Origin: Planctomycetota bacterium
GTDB lineage: Bacteria; Planctomycetota; UBA1135; UBA2386
Direction of reading: 5' to 3'
NCBI GenBank assembly: GCA_016235155.1
Contig: JACRLW010000025.1
Coordinates: 2,504-66,503, forward strand
DNA length: 64,000 nt
The notes under the pieces were generated by a model. That model had not been told where the DNA came from and ran no database searches. It saw nothing but the letters and a program-made list of their open reading frames with translations. A program made the translations under genes and the position numbers. Positions 59,413 to 64,000 of the stretch are shown here, piece by piece (the stretch's first letter is position 1; each line of letters starts with the position of its first letter).

Positions 59413-61821
59413 CTACCCCCTCAGCACCGCACCCAGTTCCCCACACCTCGCGCGCACCCGCCCGAGATACCGCTCCTCGTCCTTGCTCGTGAGCGTGCGC
59501 GACGACGACCCGAGCGTCACGGTGAAGTTGAGGCTCTTCTGCCCGGCCGGGATGCCCTCGCCGACGTAGGTCTCGAAGAGCTTCACGTCCTGCACGAGGT
59601 CTTCGCCGCCGTCCTTGCCCAGCGTGCGGAGGAACGCCGCCAGTTCCGCGACGCGGCGTTCGGCGGCGACGACCAGCGCGACGTCGATGGGTTGGCTCGG
59701 ATAGGCGGGGATCGGCCGGTAGCGCGCGGCCGCGGGATCGGCGGTGAGCAGGGCCCGCACGTCGAGGTTGGCGATGGCGACTTCGGCGTCGAGACCGAGC
59801 GCCCGCGCGACCTGCGGATGGAGCAGACCGACGTACCCGACACCCACTCCGCCGCGATCGAGCCGGGCCGTGCGGCCGGGGTGGTTCCACGGCGCCGGCG
59901 AGTCGAGTTCGTGCTCGGTCGTCACCGGATACCCGACGCGCGCGAGGATCGTCTCGAGTCCCGCGCGCAGCTCGGCATACGGACTCACCCCGCCCTTGCG
60001 CGCCCACGCGAACGCGAGCTCGCGGACCTCGTGGGGCAGGCCGTGTCCGTCGCGGTGCTCGACGTGGTAGCCCTTGCCGTCTTCGAAGAGCAGGACCTCG
60101 GGGGCTCGCCGCAGATTCGACGCGAGGTTGCCGAGCAGGCTCGGCATCACGTGACGGCGCATGCGCGCCGCCTCGGGTGCCACCGGGTTGCTGACCCGCG
60201 CGTAGCGGTGTGCGCCCGCGCCGCAGGCTTCCAGCAGCGCATCGGGCACGAACGAGTAGTCGTAGACCTCGTGCGCGCCGATCTCGGTCGCGGCGAGACG
60301 GCACAGCGCCCGGCACAGCCAGGGCTCTTCCTCGCGATGAGGCGCCGCGATCACGCTGCGCAGCGGCTGTTCCTGGATGTTGTCGTAGCGGAACATGCGA
60401 CCGACCTCCTCGATGAGGTCGTCCTCGATCGCGATGTCCTTCGTCGCACGGAACGACGGCACGCCGACCTGCAGGTCCTCGTCCGCGTCGCGCACGTCGA
60501 ACTGCAGGCTGCGCAGGATGCCGGCGACCCGGTCTCGCGGCAGCGTCACGCCGAGTTTGAGGTCGAGCCGGGCCTTGCGCAGCCGGATCGTCCGCGGCGA
60601 GAAGCGCCACGCCGCCGGATCCGCGATCGGTCCGACGGCGCGCGCACCCGGCAACGCCGCGGCGAGCATCGTCAGGAAGCGGTGGACGGCGAGTTCGGTG
60701 AGCGCCGGGTCGAGCGACTTCTCGAAGCGCGCGCTGGCGTCGCTGCGCAGACCGAGACGCGTGCTCGTGCGCCGGATCGTCGCAGCGTGGAAGGTCGCCG
60801 ACTCGAGCAGGATCGAGCGCGTGCTCGCGTCGACCTTGCTGCCCTCGCCGCCCATCACGCCGGCCAGCGCGACGGGCTGGTCCCCCGCCGTGATCAAAAG
60901 GTCCTTCTCGACGAGTTCGCGGCAAGCACCGTCGAGCGTGGTCATGCGTTCGCCGCGCCGCGCGAAGCGCACCCCGATCGCTGCGCCGCCGAGCCTTTGC
61001 GCATCGAACGCGTGCAACGGCTGACCGAGATCGAACATCACCCAGTTGGTGAGGTCGACGAGCAGGTCGATGCTGCGCGCACCGACCGACGCCAAGGCCC
61101 ACCGCAGCCAGTTGGGCGACCGCGCGTGCTGCACGCCCTCGACGTAGACGCCGAGATAGCGCGGGCAGGCGCTCTGGTCTTCGATCGCGATGCGCGGGCT
61201 CGCTCCGGAGGCCGGCAGATCCGCGCGCGGACCAAACGGCTTCAACGGGCGGCCCCAGATCGCCGCGAGCTCGCGCGCGATGCCGTAGTGCCCCCATAGA
61301 TCCGGGCGGTGGTTGATCGACTTGTTGTCGATCTCGAGCACGTGGTCCGCCACTCCCAGCGCTTCCGCGAAGGGCTTGCCGAGCTGCGCCGCCGCGGCCG
61401 CCTCGTCGAGCACGAGGATGCCGTCGCCACCTTCGCCGATGCCGAGTTCCGCTTCCGAGCAGATCATCCCCGCACTCTCGACGCCGCGGATCTTCGCCTG
61501 CTTGATGACGAGCCCGCCCGGCAGCTTCGCACCGACCAGCGCCACCGCGACGTACTGCCCCGCCGCCACGTTGGGCGCGCCGCAGACGATCTGCAGCGGC
61601 GCACCCGCGCCGACGTCGACCTTCGTGACCGACAGCTTGTCCGCGCCCTCGTGCTTCTTGCGCTCGAGCACCCGGCCGACGACGACCGCGTCGAGCCCCT
61701 GCGCGAAGCCCTCGATCCCGTCGATCTCCGCCGTCGACATCGTGAGGTCGGCGAGCACCTGCTGCGGCGTCTTGTCCGTCAGGTCGACGTAGCGCCCGAG
61801 CCAGTTGAGCGAGACCTTCAT
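59413..61821 (-). CDS. pheT: Phenylalanine--tRNA ligase beta subunit
   Basis: MKVSLNWL, IVCGAPN, GMICSEAELG, GQPLHAFD, DLIEEVGR, FDX-ACB tail. Confidence 0.97.
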   Translation of the reverse strand: MKVSLNWLGRYVDLTDKTPQQVLADLTMSTAEIDGIEGFAQGLDAVVVGRVLERKKHEGADKLSVTKVDVGAGAPLQIVCGAPNVAAGQYVAVALVGAKLPGGLVIKQAKIRGVESAGMICSEAELGIGEGGDGILVLDEAAAAAQLGKPFAEALGVADHVLEIDNKSINHRPDLWGHYGIARELAAIWGRPLKPFGPRADLPASGASPRIAIEDQSACPRYLGVYVEGVQHARSPNWLRWALASVGARSIDLLVDLTNWVMFDLGQPLHAFDAQRLGGAAIGVRFARRGERMTTLDGACRELVEKDLLITAGDQPVALAGVMGGEGSKVDASTRSILLESATFHAATIRRTSTRLGLRSDASARFEKSLDPALTELAVHRFLTMLAAALPGARAVGPIADPAAWRFSPRTIRLRKARLDLKLGVTLPRDRVAGILRSLQFDVRDADEDLQVGVPSFRATKDIAIEDDLIEEVGRMFRYDNIQEQPLRSVIAAPHREEEPWLCRALCRLAATEIGAHEVYDYSFVPDALLEACGAGAHRYARVSNPVAPEAARMRRHVMPSLLGNLASNLRRAPEVLLFEDGKGYHVEHRDGHGLPHEVRELAFAWARKGGVSPYAELRAGLETILARVGYPVTTEHELDSPAPWNHPGRTARLDRGGVGVGYVGLLHPQVARALGLDAEVAIANLDVRALLTADPAAARYRPIPAYPSQPIDVALVVAAERRVAELAAFLRTLGKDGGEDLVQDVKLFETYVGEGIPAGQKSLNFTVTLGSSSRTLTSKDEERYLGRVRARCGELGAVLRG

Positions 61822-62906
61822 CGCGCGACCCCGTCGAACTGGCTGAGGAAACGGAGGTCGCCGCCCATGAAGAGGCGGATGTCGTCGATGCCGTAGCGGA
61901 GCATCACGACGCGCTGCAGCCCCATGCCGAACGCGAAGCCGGTGAAACGCTCGGGGTCGATGCCGCCCGCGCGCAACACGTTCGGATGGACCATCCCGCA
62001 GGGCAGGATCTCGATCCAACCGGAGTGCTTGCACACCGAGCAGCCCTGCCCGGCGCAGAACGGACAGTTCACGTCGAGCTCGAAGCCCGGCTCCACGAAG
62101 GGGAAGAAGCCCGGCCGCAGGCGTACGGTCACGTCGCGCTCGAGGATGACGCGCAGACAGGTCTTCATCGTGTGGATGAGGTTGGCGGTCGACACGCCCT
62201 CGTCCACGACGAGTCCCTCCATCTGGTAGAAGCTGTGCTCGTGGCTCGCGTCGACGGTCTCGGCGCGGAAGCAGCGCCCGGGGACGATCACCTTGAGCGG
62301 CGGCGGGAAGCGCAGCATGCTCCGGATCTGCACCGGCGACGTGTGCGTGCGGAGAAGGTTGCCGTCGTCGAGCCAGAAGGTGTCCTGCGTGTCGCGCGCG
62401 GGATGGTCCGCCGGGATGTTGAGCGCCTCGAAGTTGAACCAGTCGGTCTCGATCTCCGGCCCGTCCTGCCAGGTGAAGCCCATCGACGTGAACAGGTCGA
62501 CGAGTTCGTCGCGCACGATCGTGATCGGGTGCAGCGTGCCGCGCGGACGCCGCAACGGGATCCGCACGCCGGGCTGAGGACCGTCGACCAAGGGCGGCTC
62601 CGAGGGATCGAAGCCGGTCGACGACAGGGCCGCGTCCAAGGCGGATCGTTCGAGCACGGCGCGGCGAGCCGCGACGGCGGTTTCGAGCGCGACCTTCAGC
62701 TCGTTCGCCGCGCGACCCGCCGCGGGGCGCTCCTCTCTGGGAAGGCGCGCGACGCCCCGCACCAGTTCGGTGACCTCGCCGGTCTTGCCGAGCAGCGCGA
62801 CGTCGAGCGCGCCGAGCGCGGCGAGGTCAGCAGCCGAATCGATCGCCGCCAGCCAATCGCGACGACGACTGTCCGGGGAGCGGTTCTCTGGGGGGCGGTC
62901 CTGCAA
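61818..62906 (-). CDS. pheS: Phenylalanine--tRNA ligase alpha subunit
   Basis: HPARDTQDTF, LRTHTSPVQ, FFPFVEPG, GFAFGMG; TTG start inferred. Confidence 0.96.
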   Translation of the reverse strand: MQDRPPENRSPDSRRRDWLAAIDSAADLAALGALDVALLGKTGEVTELVRGVARLPREERPAAGRAANELKVALETAVAARRAVLERSALDAALSSTGFDPSEPPLVDGPQPGVRIPLRRPRGTLHPITIVRDELVDLFTSMGFTWQDGPEIETDWFNFEALNIPADHPARDTQDTFWLDDGNLLRTHTSPVQIRSMLRFPPPLKVIVPGRCFRAETVDASHEHSFYQMEGLVVDEGVSTANLIHTMKTCLRVILERDVTVRLRPGFFPFVEPGFELDVNCPFCAGQGCSVCKHSGWIEILPCGMVHPNVLRAGGIDPERFTGFAFGMGLQRVVMLRYGIDDIRLFMGGDLRFLSQFDGVAR

Positions 62907-62975
62907 GGTGGCTCCGCGCGCGCCTGGGAATCGACCCGGGCCGCGGAGCGCGCCGCCGCGGCGCCGGACGCGCGC

Positions 62976-63329
62976 TCAGGCGATTGCGGCGCGCGCCTGG
63001 TCGACGATCTGCGCGAACGCCGCGGCGTCGTGGATCGCGAGCTCGGAGAGCTCTTTGCGGTTCAGGCTGATCTGCGCCTTGTGCACGCCGAAGATGAAGC
63101 GGCTGTATTGCATGCCCAAGGCTTCGACGGCGGCGGTGAGGCGGGTGATCCAGAGGCGACGGTAGTCGCGCTTCTTGAGGCGACGGCCGACGAGGCGGAA
63201 GCGGTCCGCCCGCATCGTCGACTCCTTGGCCATCCGGAACAGGGTGCTCCGGGCGCCGCGGAAGCCCTTGGCGCGCTTGAGAACGCGGTTGCGGCGCTGG
63301 CGGGTGGCGGGTCCGTTGGTGACGCGCAT
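62976..63329 (-). CDS. rplT: 50S ribosomal protein L20
   Basis: AKGFRGARS, KKRDYRRLWITR, YSRFI, LNRKELSELA. Confidence 0.97.
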   Translation of the reverse strand: MRVTNGPATRQRRNRVLKRAKGFRGARSTLFRMAKESTMRADRFRLVGRRLKKRDYRRLWITRLTAAVEALGMQYSRFIFGVHKAQISLNRKELSELAIHDAAAFAQIVDQARAAIA

Positions 63330-63389
63330 GGGAAGACGGCTCGATCGTGTCGGAGAAAGGTCGGGAGGAGAGGCGGGAGCTGCGTGCTC

Positions 63390-63587
63390 TCAGCAGCCGC
63401 GCAGCGCCTGGGCCATGGTCTTGGCGAAGCGACCGGGCAGGCACGCGGCGCGGCGCAGCGCGCGCTTGCGCTTGCGGCTGCGACGCACCAGCAGGTGCGA
63501 GGTGTAGGCGTGATGACGCTTCACCTTGCCCGACTTGGTCAGCTTCATCCGCTTGACGATGGACTTCCGTGTCTTCAGCTTGGGCAT
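63390..63587 (-). CDS. rpmI: 50S ribosomal protein L35
   Basis: [22 protein letters not shown]...HLL...KRKRALR. Confidence 0.95.
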   Translation of the reverse strand: MPKLKTRKSIVKRMKLTKSGKVKRHHAYTSHLLVRRSRKRKRALRRAACLPGRFAKTMAQALRGC

Positions 63588-63769
63588 GGGCTCGGACCGC
63601 GCGAAAGGGCGAGGACCGTAGCGAGAGGGCGGGCTGCGGGCAAGGGTGCGCTGGACCGGGTTCTCGATCCGACCGGCACGCGCGGTTGCCTTCACCCCCG
63701 TCCGCCGTTCCGATCCGCGTTTCCCGCGCAGCCCGCGGATCGATCGCCTCCCCCCGCCGCAACGCCCTC

Positions 63770-64000
63770 GTGATGCTCGACATCGTCCTTGCCCTCGCCG
63801 AGTTGGCCGCGTTCGTCGCGATCGCCGCGGCCCTCGTGCGACCGTCGTTGCGGCGACGGGTCGCCTGGTCGCTGCTCGGTGCCGCGGGGCTGGCGCTGTG
63901 CGCGGGGATCGTGTCGGGCGGTGCGCGACGCCTCGCCGTCGAGGCCGGCTTCGCGCGCTTCCGCGACAACCAGATCGAGTTCGGCGCCTTTCCGATCGAG
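63770..64000 (+). CDS. Membrane protein, runs off window end
   Basis: GTG/ATG then two hydrophobic helices ([22 protein letters not shown]...). Confidence 0.55.
   Translation, partial: MMLDIVLALAELAAFVAIAAALVRPSLRRRVAWSLLGAAGLALCAGIVSGGARRLAVEAGFARFRDNQIEFGAFPIE

Noticed and set aside
63588-63770. Absence of infC upstream of rpmI-rplT
   Set aside because: Separation of infC from this operon occurs in various lineages; not notable on its own

Overview
Very GC-rich bacterial chromosomal window, most likely Planctomycetota (PSD1/DUF1549-DUF1553, DUF1501, PSCyt1, DUF1592/DUF1552 families). About 55 genes: housekeeping (thiC with a TPP riboswitch, purC-purE-mtnA, ald-uppP, rpmI-rplT-pheS-pheT, tRNA-Leu(CAA), tRNA-Val(GAC)), several surface-glycan loci (two Wzx-like flippases, two sulfotransferases, a methyltransferase, five glycosyltransferases, an AsnB-like amidotransferase), proteases (two HtrA, M32, TraB/GumN), two planctomycete DUF/cytochrome modules, a GH2 plus lyase-like pair and several orphans. 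I saw no CRISPR array, integrase, transposase or prophage. The most striking unexplained structure is at 57.9-59.4 kb. A RhuM-family fragment sits between two diverged 69-bp copies of the rlmI-stop/NUDIX-start junction. The whole stretch, including mini-ORFs and a DUF2442 fragment, forms an unbroken chain of stop/start overlaps, which suggests an insertion mechanism that preserves translational coupling. Other leads: a ChpT-like pseudo-histidine kinase, an orphan OB/SAM-like plus TPR-DUF2325 gene pair, a Cys-rich secreted pair beside tRNA-Leu, and internally deleted rlmI and cyanophycinase genes. All family calls are by-eye motif recognition, not database searches.
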